Of a DNA stretch of 64,000 nucleotides, positions 1 to 8,902 are shown piece by piece. Source of the DNA: an uncultured Pseudomonadales bacterium (GTDB lineage: Bacteria > Patescibacteriota > Microgenomatia > UBA1400 > PJMF01); NCBI GenBank assembly GCA_964650185.1, contig CAZYRN010000003.1, positions 2,025 to 66,024 on the forward strand. The letters are read 5' to 3'. Position 1 is the first letter of the stretch, and every line of letters starts with the position of its first letter. The position numbers and the translations under genes are program-made. The notes below the pieces were generated by a model. It ran no database searches and had not been told where the DNA came from. It worked only from the letters and a program-made list of their open reading frames with translations.

Positions 1-74
1 CTCATAGCTATAGCATACTTGATACCCCAAGTTTTGTCGACTAGAATCATCTGTTATACTGACTTTAGCAACAT

Positions 75-740
75 ATGAAAAGATTGTTTTTTTCTTTCGC
101 GTGGATATTCTTAACAGTTGGGGTTATGCTCACCAGCATTGCGGGCTATGAATATCTACTGATGCCTAAAGATGAAGTTGAACCTGACGCCTCATCTCAG
201 CAAATTCTGGGTGCCAGCCGCGATCGGCAACTCTTATCATTCCTAGATGAGAGCAACTCTAATACTGAAACCATTGTGGCAGCTCATGATGCTCGAGCAG
301 AGATTGTGGCTCGATTTTTGGAGAGATATAACTCACCTCTGACACCATATGATTATTACGGCCAGGTTTTTGTTGATCTAGCCGATGAGCATGATTTTGA
401 TTTTAGACTACTGCCAGCCATAGCCATGCAGGAAAGCAATTTGTGCAAAAGTATTCCCGAGGGTTCTTATAACTGTCTTGGCTTTGGTATTCATGAGCGG
501 GGCACTTTGGCTTTTGAAAGTTTTGAGGCAAATTTTGATCGAGCCGCCAGAGAACTGAAACTCTACTACATCGATCAAGGCCTGACCACACCCACCGCTA
601 TTATGACTAAATACACTCCGAGCAGTGACGGCAGTTGGGCAGACTCTGTTAATCAGTGGATGACGGAAATGCGCTTTAATGACCGTGAATTGGGTAGAGA
701 ACTAGATCACAATAATAGCGTCCTCGAGTTCACCAGATAA
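75..740 (+). CDS. Membrane-anchored lysozyme-like / soluble lytic transglycosylase (SLT)-like protein (putative)
   Basis: 221-aa ORF with an N-terminal TM helix. Motif AIAMQESNL...GSYNCLGFGI resembles the SLT-domain AIAxQES...GxxGLMQ catalytic region. Assigned by eye only. Confidence 0.35.
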   Translation: MKRLFFSFAWIFLTVGVMLTSIAGYEYLLMPKDEVEPDASSQQILGASRDRQLLSFLDESNSNTETIVAAHDARAEIVARFLERYNSPLTPYDYYGQVFVDLADEHDFDFRLLPAIAMQESNLCKSIPEGSYNCLGFGIHERGTLAFESFEANFDRAARELKLYYIDQGLTTPTAIMTKYTPSSDGSWADSVNQWMTEMRFNDRELGRELDHNNSVLEFTR

Positions 741-884
741 GAAGGTTTTTTTTATTTCCCCGAGTAGTTTAGTCAATTAAACTGCTTTTTATTAGTCCAT
801 ATTGACATTATTATAAGATATGATATTATTATAAATACCTCAGAAGGTGTCCCTCACCGGGGATGACGTTCTGAGTTAAAAGAG

Positions 885-913
885 CCCCGCTTCGCAGTAT
901 GCGGGGTTTTTTT
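885..913. terminator. Rho-independent terminator hairpin (CCCCGC-N10-GCGGGG + T7), likely bidirectional
   Basis: GC stem 885-890/901-906 followed by a T-run at 907-913. An A-run upstream lets it work for the minus-strand tRNA-Leu as well. Confidence 0.6.
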
Positions 914-927
914 ATGGGAAAACTGCG

Positions 928-1009
928 TGCCACGGGTGGGACTCGAACCCACACGCCTCTCGGCACACGATTCTAAGTCGTGCTTGTCTGCCAATTCCAA
1001 CACCGTGGC
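928..1009 (-). tRNA. tRNA-Leu (anticodon TAG)
   Basis: Reverse complement gives GCCACGG...CCGTGGC-A with a cloverleaf. Anticodon loop is CUUAGAA, so anticodon UAG. Long variable arm is typical of a class II tRNA. No encoded CCA. Confidence 0.85.
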
Positions 1010-1067
1010 TGGTGTTTGTAGATCATATTGTACCTTATTTTTTGTTAAGATAAGATGATAGCCGCTC

Positions 1068-1661
1068 ATGCATGACTATCAGCATCACACCCATCCTCGT
1101 TCTCGATCGATTAAGATCAGAGTTGAACCACCCGATCAAGTTATCGTGGTGACTCCTCAGCACGTTCCTAAGCGTAAAATTGATGATTTTGTTAAGCAAA
1201 GTGCGGTCTGGATTGACCGCCAGCTAGCCAAGTTAAAAGAAAAGAATAACTTTACTCTAACAGATAAGTTTGTGATGATCTTTGGCAAGAAGCATGACCT
1301 AGATACTCTTGATATTAGTCCTTTTAGTCAACTTGAATCTTATTTAAAGGCTACAGCTGAAAAATATTTGCGTCAGCGCACCCGCCAGTTAGCTGAAAAA
1401 ATGAAGATTAGTTACGGAAATCTAACTGTTCGCCGCCAGAAAACCAGATGGGGAAGCTGTAGCAGTGAAGGAAATCTCAACTTTAATTGGAGCCTGGTCC
1501 ACTATCCGACCGAGGTCATTGATTACGTTATTATTCACGAACTGGCCCACAGGCGCGAGATGAATCATTCTGCAAAATTCTGGGAAATTGTCCGTCACTA
1601 TGACCCAGCCTTTCAACAGCATCGCGGCTGGTTAAAAAGACACGGCGTCGCAATTGGTTAA
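1068..1661 (+). CDS. YgjP/DUF45-family (M48/SprT-like) metal-dependent hydrolase
   Basis: 197 aa. HExxH motif (IIHELAHRREMNHS) in the position typical of YgjP-like zinc hydrolases. Conserved WGSC region. Confidence 0.65.
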   Translation: MHDYQHHTHPRSRSIKIRVEPPDQVIVVTPQHVPKRKIDDFVKQSAVWIDRQLAKLKEKNNFTLTDKFVMIFGKKHDLDTLDISPFSQLESYLKATAEKYLRQRTRQLAEKMKISYGNLTVRRQKTRWGSCSSEGNLNFNWSLVHYPTEVIDYVIIHELAHRREMNHSAKFWEIVRHYDPAFQQHRGWLKRHGVAIG

Positions 1662-2110
1662 TCAACTCGGCCCACTACGTTAGCCATCAGCCAACCCTGC
1701 ACCAAATTCAATACTAAGCCCAGCACCACCGCAACTAGCCAAGAGCTGATACCCAGCCCAGCAATTAAAGCAAATCTCGCTACCAGCCACACCGCCCCGG
1801 CATTTAACACCCAGTACAAGGCTAGCCACTGCGTATTACTAAAGTTCAGCTGATACCAATTAGCCACCCATTCCACAATCGGAATAATTCCCACTGCCAT
1901 CAGTGCCACAATTGTCATCGAGTACAAAGCCCCTTGAAATGGAGTTAAGAGCTGGTTACCTAAGACAACAGCCTGGGGGAAAAACATATTTGCCACAATT
2001 ACGACTAAGGTATTCCCAATGATAAATGCAAATAACGCCGCACTGAGTTGGGCGAAAGAAGTCATGGGTTGCTCAAGCAATGGTTTCCTAATTACACGAT
2101 TTCTGGCCAT
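1658..2110 (-). CDS. Hypothetical integral membrane protein
   Basis: 150-aa ORF with 4 predicted TM helices. 4-nt overlap with the convergent upstream gene. Confidence 0.45.
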   Translation of the reverse strand: MARNRVIRKPLLEQPMTSFAQLSAALFAFIIGNTLVVIVANMFFPQAVVLGNQLLTPFQGALYSMTIVALMAVGIIPIVEWVANWYQLNFSNTQWLALYWVLNAGAVWLVARFALIAGLGISSWLVAVVLGLVLNLVQGWLMANVVGRVD

Positions 2111-2180
2111 ACCCGCCTTTCATGATTTATTGAGTACTAATTTGATTAAGTTATATCATATCTTCTGCTATCATAACTAT

Positions 2181-2861
2181 ATGATGACCATTCTTCATGG
2201 AGAGAACACTGTTAAATCACGAGCCAGACTTGTAGAGCTGCTACAGGAAAAATCCGAGCAAGGAGCCGCGGTTGAAAGAGTCGAGGCTAAAACACTTGCT
2301 CGAGCTGAACTGGAAACTAAATTAGTTAAAACGGATCTGTTTGGGACGGAGCGGGTGGTGGTCATTGAAGAGCTGCACTCATTGCCAAAATCTCAGCGCA
2401 AAAATGAGTTGATTGAGCTAGCAGCCACTAGCAACACCGATTTAATTTTATGGGAAAAAAGATCTCTTACCAAAACGATGCTGAAAAAATTCCCCCAAGC
2501 AGAAGTGGAGGAGTTCAAGCTGAGCAACGCACTCTTTGGCTGGCTGGATACACTCCGGGGAAATGGCGGCCAGACCCAACAGCTAACCGCTTTACATCAA
2601 GCTTTGGCAGCTGAAGATGCATATCTCTGCTTAATCATGTTAGCAAGACAGGTGCGGCTACTGATAGAAATTAAAGATGGCAGTCAGCCAGCTGGACCAC
2701 CTTGGATGATGAAAAAAATGAGCCATCAAGCCGACTCATTTACCATGCCGCAGCTGCTGCAACTTCACTCGCGGCTACTGGAAATTGACCTGGCTCACAA
2801 AACATCTACAAACAACCTCGAACTGGATCAAGAACTTGATTTGTTAATTATTAACCTGTAA
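2181..2861 (+). CDS. holA: DNA polymerase III delta subunit (short form)
   Basis: From an internal ATG at 2181 (MMTILHGEN...) the protein matches the HolA N-terminus (xxLFYGED/N..L). The track start at 2019 would overlap the convergent gene. Short (227 aa) compared with typical delta subunits. Confidence 0.55.
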   Translation: MMTILHGENTVKSRARLVELLQEKSEQGAAVERVEAKTLARAELETKLVKTDLFGTERVVVIEELHSLPKSQRKNELIELAATSNTDLILWEKRSLTKTMLKKFPQAEVEEFKLSNALFGWLDTLRGNGGQTQQLTALHQALAAEDAYLCLIMLARQVRLLIEIKDGSQPAGPPWMMKKMSHQADSFTMPQLLQLHSRLLEIDLAHKTSTNNLELDQELDLLIINL

Positions 2862-2960
2862 AGTGAAGAAGCTAATGAACACTTCATTAAATTGGTGCTT
2901 TTATTACTACAACTTCGATAGCAAACAAGACAAGTATTAATAAAATTGTTAGGAGCATCA

Positions 2961-4334
2961 ATGAAAATTACCCCCTCGATATTTAAGGATTACGATATTA
3001 GAGCAGTAGTTGATGAACAACTGGATTTAGCTGGAGTCAAACGAATTGGGCAAGGTTTGGTTGAACTATTTAAGCCGTCTCGAATCGCGGTGGGTTATGA
3101 TATGCGTAATTCCAGCCCCGAATGGAAAGAGGCTTTAATCTCAGGAATTACAACTCAAGGTGCAGACGTGATTGACCTTGGTTTAATTGCTACTGATATG
3201 ACTTATTTTGCTGCTGGGACACTTGATGTAGATCTAGCTGTGATGATTTCCGCTTCACATAACCCCCCTCAATTTAATGGCTTTAAAATTGTCAAACGAG
3301 GCGCGATTGGTGTCAGCGGTAACTCTGGTATTTATGAATTAAGAGATCTAGTTATTTCAGATCATGAATTTATTCCAGCAGCTCAATCAGGTTTGGTAAC
3401 TTCTCAAGATATCCTTGAAGATTGGGTTAATCATGCCATTTCCATGGTTGATGTGAAGCAGATTAAACCGCTTAAGGTTGTCATTGATGCCGGTAATGGC
3501 ATGGCTGGAAAAATTATTCCCGCCATTGAAGACCAACTACCAATTCAAGTAATCCCTCTATATTTTGAACTAGATGGAACATTTCCCAATCACCTGGCCA
3601 ACCCACTCCTACCTGAAACTTGGGATACAATTCAAGAGACCATTGCAGAAGAGAAAGCTGATCTTGGCATCATGTTTGACGGCGATGGAGACCGTATGTT
3701 TTTATTTGATGAACAAGGTAACTTTATTTCCGGAACCATTACCACAGCCATGGTAGCTGCTCAAATGCTCAAGAAATTCCCCCGTAGCACCATTCTTTAT
3801 AATGCTATCTGTGGTCGAGTTGTTCCAGAAACTGTTGCTAATTTAGGTGGCAAATCTCAACGTGTCAGAGTGGGCCATACCTTGATTAAAGAAGATATGC
3901 GCAAATATGATGGTCTTTTTGCAGGTGAACACTCTGGCCATTATTACTTTAGAGACAATTTCTCAGCTGATAGCGGCTTAATAGCTTCTCTGGTAGTTTT
4001 GGAGTTAATTAGTCAAGAAAATAAACGCATGTCGGAACTGGTGACTCAATTTGACCTTTACCCCAGCAGTGGTGAGATTAATTTCAGCGTTGAAGATAAA
4101 GCGGAAATGATGAAAGCTCTTGAAACAAAGTTTGCTGATGCTGAATCAAGTGACTGGCTCGATGGTGTTTCTATCTGGTATCCAACCTGGTGGGCAAATA
4201 TTCGCCCATCTAACACTCAGCCCGTCTTAAGATTAAATGTGGAAGCAGATAACCAACAGATACTTCAAGAAAAAACAGCAGAAATTAAATCATTTATTCT
4301 CAGTCATGGTGGTGAAATCGCAGAAGAACATTAA
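2961..4334 (+). CDS. Phosphomannomutase/phosphoglucomutase (alpha-D-phosphohexomutase)
   Basis: Active-site serine loop ISASHNPPQFNGFKI, a metal-binding DGDGDR loop, and a C-terminal sugar-phosphate-binding region. AGGAG RBS sits 6 nt before the ATG at 2961. Confidence 0.85.
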   Translation: MKITPSIFKDYDIRAVVDEQLDLAGVKRIGQGLVELFKPSRIAVGYDMRNSSPEWKEALISGITTQGADVIDLGLIATDMTYFAAGTLDVDLAVMISASHNPPQFNGFKIVKRGAIGVSGNSGIYELRDLVISDHEFIPAAQSGLVTSQDILEDWVNHAISMVDVKQIKPLKVVIDAGNGMAGKIIPAIEDQLPIQVIPLYFELDGTFPNHLANPLLPETWDTIQETIAEEKADLGIMFDGDGDRMFLFDEQGNFISGTITTAMVAAQMLKKFPRSTILYNAICGRVVPETVANLGGKSQRVRVGHTLIKEDMRKYDGLFAGEHSGHYYFRDNFSADSGLIASLVVLELISQENKRMSELVTQFDLYPSSGEINFSVEDKAEMMKALETKFADAESSDWLDGVSIWYPTWWANIRPSNTQPVLRLNVEADNQQILQEKTAEIKSFILSHGGEIAEEH

Positions 4335-4352
4335 TAAGAAAGGACCTTTATC

Positions 4353-5429
4353 ATGTCACAAACTCGTCTCTTTGATTTTGCCGAGGCGATGGAAAAACTC
4401 GACAAATCCGGCAACATTAGCTCTATCGAACAATTGGGTGACCAGATTCAGCATGTCTGGGAGTTAGCTCAACAGGTTGAGTTTGACGACTCTTATCAAC
4501 AAGTAGATAAGGTCATCGTCGCCGGCATGGGCGGTTCTACCATTGGCACTCATGTTATTCAAACAGTTTTTAAAGATGAGTTGAAAGTGCCGGTCGTCGT
4601 CGCCAGTGACTACGATGTCCCCAATTACGTTGATGAAAATACCTTAGTCATTGCCTCTAGTTATTCCGGCAACACTGAAGAAACCCTGAGCGCCGTCAAA
4701 GATGCTCAGCAAAAAGGGGCGAAAATTGCCGGCATTTCCTCTGGTGGTAAGTTGGCTGATTTCCTCCACGAGCATCATTATCCCGCGCTAGTTTTTACAC
4801 CCACCTACAACCCGTGCGGCTCTCCTAGAATGGCCCTTGGTTACTCCGTTTTTGGCCAAATAGCTTTATTTGCCCAAGCCGGTTTACTGAAAGTGACGGA
4901 AGAAGATTATCAGCAGGTTTTGCAAACTATAGCGGAAGGCCAGTTAACCTCCAGCCGCCATGTCCCTCAGGAAGAAAACCCTGCCAAACTGTTAGCATTT
5001 AATCTACTCGAGAGAATTCCGGTAATTACTGTCGCTGAACATTTGGAAGGACCAGCTCATGTTTTTGCCAATCAAATTCATGAAAACTCCAAAACCTACG
5101 CCAGCTATCGCGTTATACCCGAGTTTAATCACTTTGGTTTAGAAGGTTTGCAGCATCCCGTTTCAAACCGCGACAATTTAATGTTTTTTGTCATTCATTC
5201 TGACTTGTACAAGGAGAATAATCAGCACCGGCTTAAATTAACCGAAGAAGCGGTAACGCAAAATCACATCGAGTACGTCCATCAAACTTTAACCGGTCCC
5301 ACCAAGCTGGCACAAGCATTTGAACTAATTTTGTTAGGCAGCTATACCAGTTATTACCTGGCCATTCTGAATCAGGTTGATCCAACTCCCAATCCTTGGG
5401 TGGATTGGTTCAAACAGCAGTTGGCTTAA
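4353..5429 (+). CDS. Bifunctional phosphoglucose/phosphomannose isomerase (SIS-domain, archaeal-type PGI/PMI)
   Basis: SIS-domain motifs (VIVAGMGGSTIG, SYSGNTEET) and the overall length and organisation of the PGI/PMI family. Confidence 0.7.
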   Translation: MSQTRLFDFAEAMEKLDKSGNISSIEQLGDQIQHVWELAQQVEFDDSYQQVDKVIVAGMGGSTIGTHVIQTVFKDELKVPVVVASDYDVPNYVDENTLVIASSYSGNTEETLSAVKDAQQKGAKIAGISSGGKLADFLHEHHYPALVFTPTYNPCGSPRMALGYSVFGQIALFAQAGLLKVTEEDYQQVLQTIAEGQLTSSRHVPQEENPAKLLAFNLLERIPVITVAEHLEGPAHVFANQIHENSKTYASYRVIPEFNHFGLEGLQHPVSNRDNLMFFVIHSDLYKENNQHRLKLTEEAVTQNHIEYVHQTLTGPTKLAQAFELILLGSYTSYYLAILNQVDPTPNPWVDWFKQQLA

Positions 5430-5501
5430 CTTGCTAACTGGTATAGTGGAGATAACTGGTATTACTGCTGAGATTAACAGTTAGTCTAGATAGGGGAGAC
5501 C

Positions 5502-6689
5502 ATGAGGCCTCAACCGATGTACATTATTCCGCTTTTAATCAAGCAACCCACTTGGGGCGGAAAATATATAGCCCAGTATAAAAAAATTCAGGATGAGGAA
5601 ACGCTGGCCGCTAATATTGGGCAAGCTTACGAGTTGGCCCAAGACTCTCTCTTGATAGATGAGCCGATTGATCTCAAGCCAGGTGATCAATTGCCTTATC
5701 AATTGGCTGAGGCAACAGATCTGGAACACCCGCACTGGTTTGGAAAAAAATACCGGACAATTTCCATGCCTGATTTAATTAAAAAAAATGTTAAAGATAT
5801 CTTGGGTGAAAAAGTAGCTGCCAAGATGAATAATCAGATGGCTGTTTTGAATAAGTTTACTCAAGCTCAAGAAAATTCTTACCAAGTCCACGTTCAGCCA
5901 GACCAAACTTTTGAGAAATGGCAGCCTAAACCTGAATCCTGGTATTTTTTTGAGCAGGGCAAAGCAACTCTGGGCTTGAAGACTAACGCTAATGTGCTGG
6001 CATATCAAAACCGGTGCACGGAAATTTATGAGTATTCACAAGAGTTAAGCCGACAAGTCCGAGAAGGAGAGCTGGATGTGGCTGCCGCCAGAGAAAAATT
6101 GGAGAAGTTTATCAATCATGATCATCCCCGCCATTACGTCAATACACTAGAGCTAAAAGCTGGACAGATTGTTGATTTAAGTGAGGGCGGGATTCACCAC
6201 TCATGGGAGGCAGATGCCAACTTCCCCAAAGGCAATATTGTATATGAGGTACAGCTGGATCAGCGTGATGATGTCAGCTCAATACGAGCTTTTGATCAAG
6301 GTAAAATCAAAGATGACGGCAGTGTCCGTCAACTGGCGATCGAGGCTTACTTCAAGGCACTAAATATCAATGCGGATGCAAACCTGCCAGATCAATACCT
6401 GCAGAGCCATGATTCATTTCAAGACGATGATGGCTTAATCACTCATCTATTTGACTGCGAACACTATCGCTTGACTATGATAGAGTTTGACAAAAATTAC
6501 GGGGGTTTAGAGACACAGCTGGATGATGAGTTTCATCATCTGTTTGTCAAAGAGGGAGAGGTGGAAGTGAGGTATGATGGCCGGCGCTGGTTGGTACCCG
6601 CTGGATGGTCGATTTTCATCCCGGCTGGCTGTCAGCAGTACCAGTTATCCAGTACCGCGCCGGCCGTGGTTCTAAAAACTACTGCTTAA
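5502..6689 (+). CDS. Type I mannose-6-phosphate isomerase-like cupin protein (ManA-like)
   Basis: N-terminal PLLIKQPTWGG (compare ManA xxYAWGS), QVHVQPD (compare QVHPNK), and a C-terminal cupin segment (HHLFVKEGEVEV...WLVPAG). Confidence 0.5.
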   Translation: MRPQPMYIIPLLIKQPTWGGKYIAQYKKIQDEETLAANIGQAYELAQDSLLIDEPIDLKPGDQLPYQLAEATDLEHPHWFGKKYRTISMPDLIKKNVKDILGEKVAAKMNNQMAVLNKFTQAQENSYQVHVQPDQTFEKWQPKPESWYFFEQGKATLGLKTNANVLAYQNRCTEIYEYSQELSRQVREGELDVAAAREKLEKFINHDHPRHYVNTLELKAGQIVDLSEGGIHHSWEADANFPKGNIVYEVQLDQRDDVSSIRAFDQGKIKDDGSVRQLAIEAYFKALNINADANLPDQYLQSHDSFQDDDGLITHLFDCEHYRLTMIEFDKNYGGLETQLDDEFHHLFVKEGEVEVRYDGRRWLVPAGWSIFIPAGCQQYQLSSTAPAVVLKTTA

Positions 6690-6727
6690 CTCTTTCTGCG
6701 GAGCTGAACTTACGCTACACTAGTTCT

Positions 6728-8902
6728 ATGGAGATACCTGCCCTAATTCCTTTGTCTGCCGCTGATGGCTATGCTCGATCAGAAATAGGCGAGAGCGCTT
6801 TCCTGTTACACCAGGCTGCAAAACTGAAAGTGCCAGTCGCTGATTCTGTGATTATTACCCAAGCGGCCTTAGAAAAGATTGCTAGTCAGGGTAATTTTGC
6901 CAAACAACTGGAAAAAGCACTCCTTTCTTTTTCATTTAAGTCAGATCAACTGCCAGCCGAACTGGAAAAAATCAAAAGACAAATCCGGCAATTTCATCTG
7001 CCAGCTCAATTGACTGCTCCAATTATCAATTGGTATCATCTCCAGCCAACTTTTGTTAGTGTTAGCACAGATTACAAAACTGATCACCAGCATCCGCTCA
7101 AGATTGAAAATATCAAGGGTGAAGCTAATTTAATTGAGAGCATCCTAGCCTTGTGGTCTGAACAGCTCCAGTTTGATCCTAAACTAAAACAGCTCAAACT
7201 TTATGCCGAGCCCATGCTGCTGCAGCGACAAGGACAACCGGAAATATCTGGTTACGTGGAAACTCGATCTGACTTAAGTAAAACTAAAGCTTATGTTTAC
7301 AGTGTGTGGGGAGTCTATCAGCCTTACCATCCTGAAATCATGGCCGATGAGGTGGTGGTCGACATTCGTACTAATCAAGTGGTGCAGCGCAAAAATCAGC
7401 TTCAGTACCTGAGCTTAGAAAGACGAACTGATCATCTTCAAGAAAAAGCCTTGCTTTACTACAAACAAGGCGAGCTCAGCATGACAGATGAGATTGCACT
7501 CGATCTAGCCAGCTCTGCTGCCAGCCTGAAACGAAAATTTTTCACTGACTGCCGACTTTATTGGTCTTATCAACAGCATCACTTGGTCATCACTGGTTTT
7601 GAACGACTGGACCCTGCTCAAACTGGAGTAGTTGCTGAACCCAATATTCTCCTGACTGGCGATAGCTTGCTTTCTGGAATTGTGGGCGGCAGAGTGGTAA
7701 CAGATCTGACTCCAAAAAATAAAATTGCGACCGGTGACGTTTTGGTGGTCACTGAACTAACTTCTAAACACGCTTTGCTGCTGAAAAAAGTCTCTGCTAT
7801 TGTCTGTGATCGCGGCATTAAATCTACCCTACTGGTCAAGCAGTTGAAAGAATATCACTTACCAGCGGTCGTTAACACCATTCATGCCACTCATAAACTT
7901 AAACCTGGGCAGTACGTGATTGTGAATGCTAACTCTGGAAAAATTTTACAGTCTCCACAGCCTTTGGCCAGCGATCATTCATCTGCCAGCACCAATATTC
8001 CCACCATTACCAAGGTTTATATTTCTGCGGGCAATCCCCATAAGGCTGAAAGCTATGTCACCTCAGCAGTTGATGGGGTGGGGGTGTTGAGAAGTGAGTT
8101 TACTTTTGCCAGATTTGGCGAACACCCACTTCATTTAATTAAATCGTCACGTCGCCATCAGTTAAAACAAGAGCTGAAGCAAGTTATTACCACTTATCAG
8201 CAGACTAGGTTAAATCTGCCCGTCATTTACCGGACACAAAACTTTACTACTCAGGAGCTGAGCTATCTCACGCATGCCAGCCGTTACGAACCGACTGAAA
8301 CTAATCCTTACTTGGGATTTAGGGGCGGCATTAAGATGATTAGTGAGTTTGAGCTGTTTGATTTTGAGTTGGAAGTAATTAGTGAAGTCTTAACAGACAG
8401 CAAAGCACCGCTGGCCATCTTGCTCCCCTTCATTAGAACTCCAGGAGAAATGAGGTTGGTAATGAATCGAATTGCCAAGCATCAACTCCAGCATCACCCC
8501 CACTTTGCTGTTTATCTGCAACTAAATACACCTGAAAATGTCTTACAGCTAAAACATTATTTTATACCTGGTTTAGCTGGCGTTTCCGTCAATAGCCGCA
8601 GCCTACATGCGTTGATGCACGGCATCGACCCGGATAATCCCGATCTTTACCGTCAATACGCTTACAACCTGCAGTTGATGGAAGAGCTACTCATTAGAGT
8701 GCAGCGGGTGGTACACACCGTTGACTTCCAGCCTCAGGCTCTCCAAACTAGACCGAAAATGTTTTTACACTTAGAAGATCCGAGCTTGGAACTAGCGGAA
8801 ATTGCGGCTAAACTCAACTATGACGCGATTACCGTCAAACCAGAATTTGCCCCACGGGTGAAATCACGTATTAGAGAACTCGAAGAACGAAGATATGGCT
8901 AG
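6728..8902 (+). CDS. PEP-utilizing enzyme family protein (PEP synthase / pyruvate-phosphate-dikinase-like), divergent
   Basis: Three-domain layout: an N-terminal PEP/pyruvate-binding ATP-grasp-like region, a central mobile-domain-like segment (VLVVTELT...KKVSAIVCDRG...LPAVV), and a C-terminal PEP-utilizing TIM-barrel (DGVGVLRSEF, NPYLGFRGG). The internal ATG at 6728 was chosen because the upstream extension from 6605 is non-homologous. The protein lies directly upstream of eno and gpmI. Confidence 0.65.
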   Translation: MEIPALIPLSAADGYARSEIGESAFLLHQAAKLKVPVADSVIITQAALEKIASQGNFAKQLEKALLSFSFKSDQLPAELEKIKRQIRQFHLPAQLTAPIINWYHLQPTFVSVSTDYKTDHQHPLKIENIKGEANLIESILALWSEQLQFDPKLKQLKLYAEPMLLQRQGQPEISGYVETRSDLSKTKAYVYSVWGVYQPYHPEIMADEVVVDIRTNQVVQRKNQLQYLSLERRTDHLQEKALLYYKQGELSMTDEIALDLASSAASLKRKFFTDCRLYWSYQQHHLVITGFERLDPAQTGVVAEPNILLTGDSLLSGIVGGRVVTDLTPKNKIATGDVLVVTELTSKHALLLKKVSAIVCDRGIKSTLLVKQLKEYHLPAVVNTIHATHKLKPGQYVIVNANSGKILQSPQPLASDHSSASTNIPTITKVYISAGNPHKAESYVTSAVDGVGVLRSEFTFARFGEHPLHLIKSSRRHQLKQELKQVITTYQQTRLNLPVIYRTQNFTTQELSYLTHASRYEPTETNPYLGFRGGIKMISEFELFDFELEVISEVLTDSKAPLAILLPFIRTPGEMRLVMNRIAKHQLQHHPHFAVYLQLNTPENVLQLKHYFIPGLAGVSVNSRSLHALMHGIDPDNPDLYRQYAYNLQLMEELLIRVQRVVHTVDFQPQALQTRPKMFLHLEDPSLELAEIAAKLNYDAITVKPEFAPRVKSRIRELEERRYG

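Noticed and set aside
854-1069. 71-aa minus-strand ORF.
   Set aside because: It overlaps tRNA-Leu (928-1009) and the terminator hairpin, and has no protein-like features.
6605-6727. Upstream extension of the PEP-synthase-like ORF starting at 6605.
   Set aside because: The extension has no homology to PEP-utilizing enzymes and would crowd the preceding gene's 3' end. The ATG at 6728 (MEIPALIP...) starts the conserved domain.
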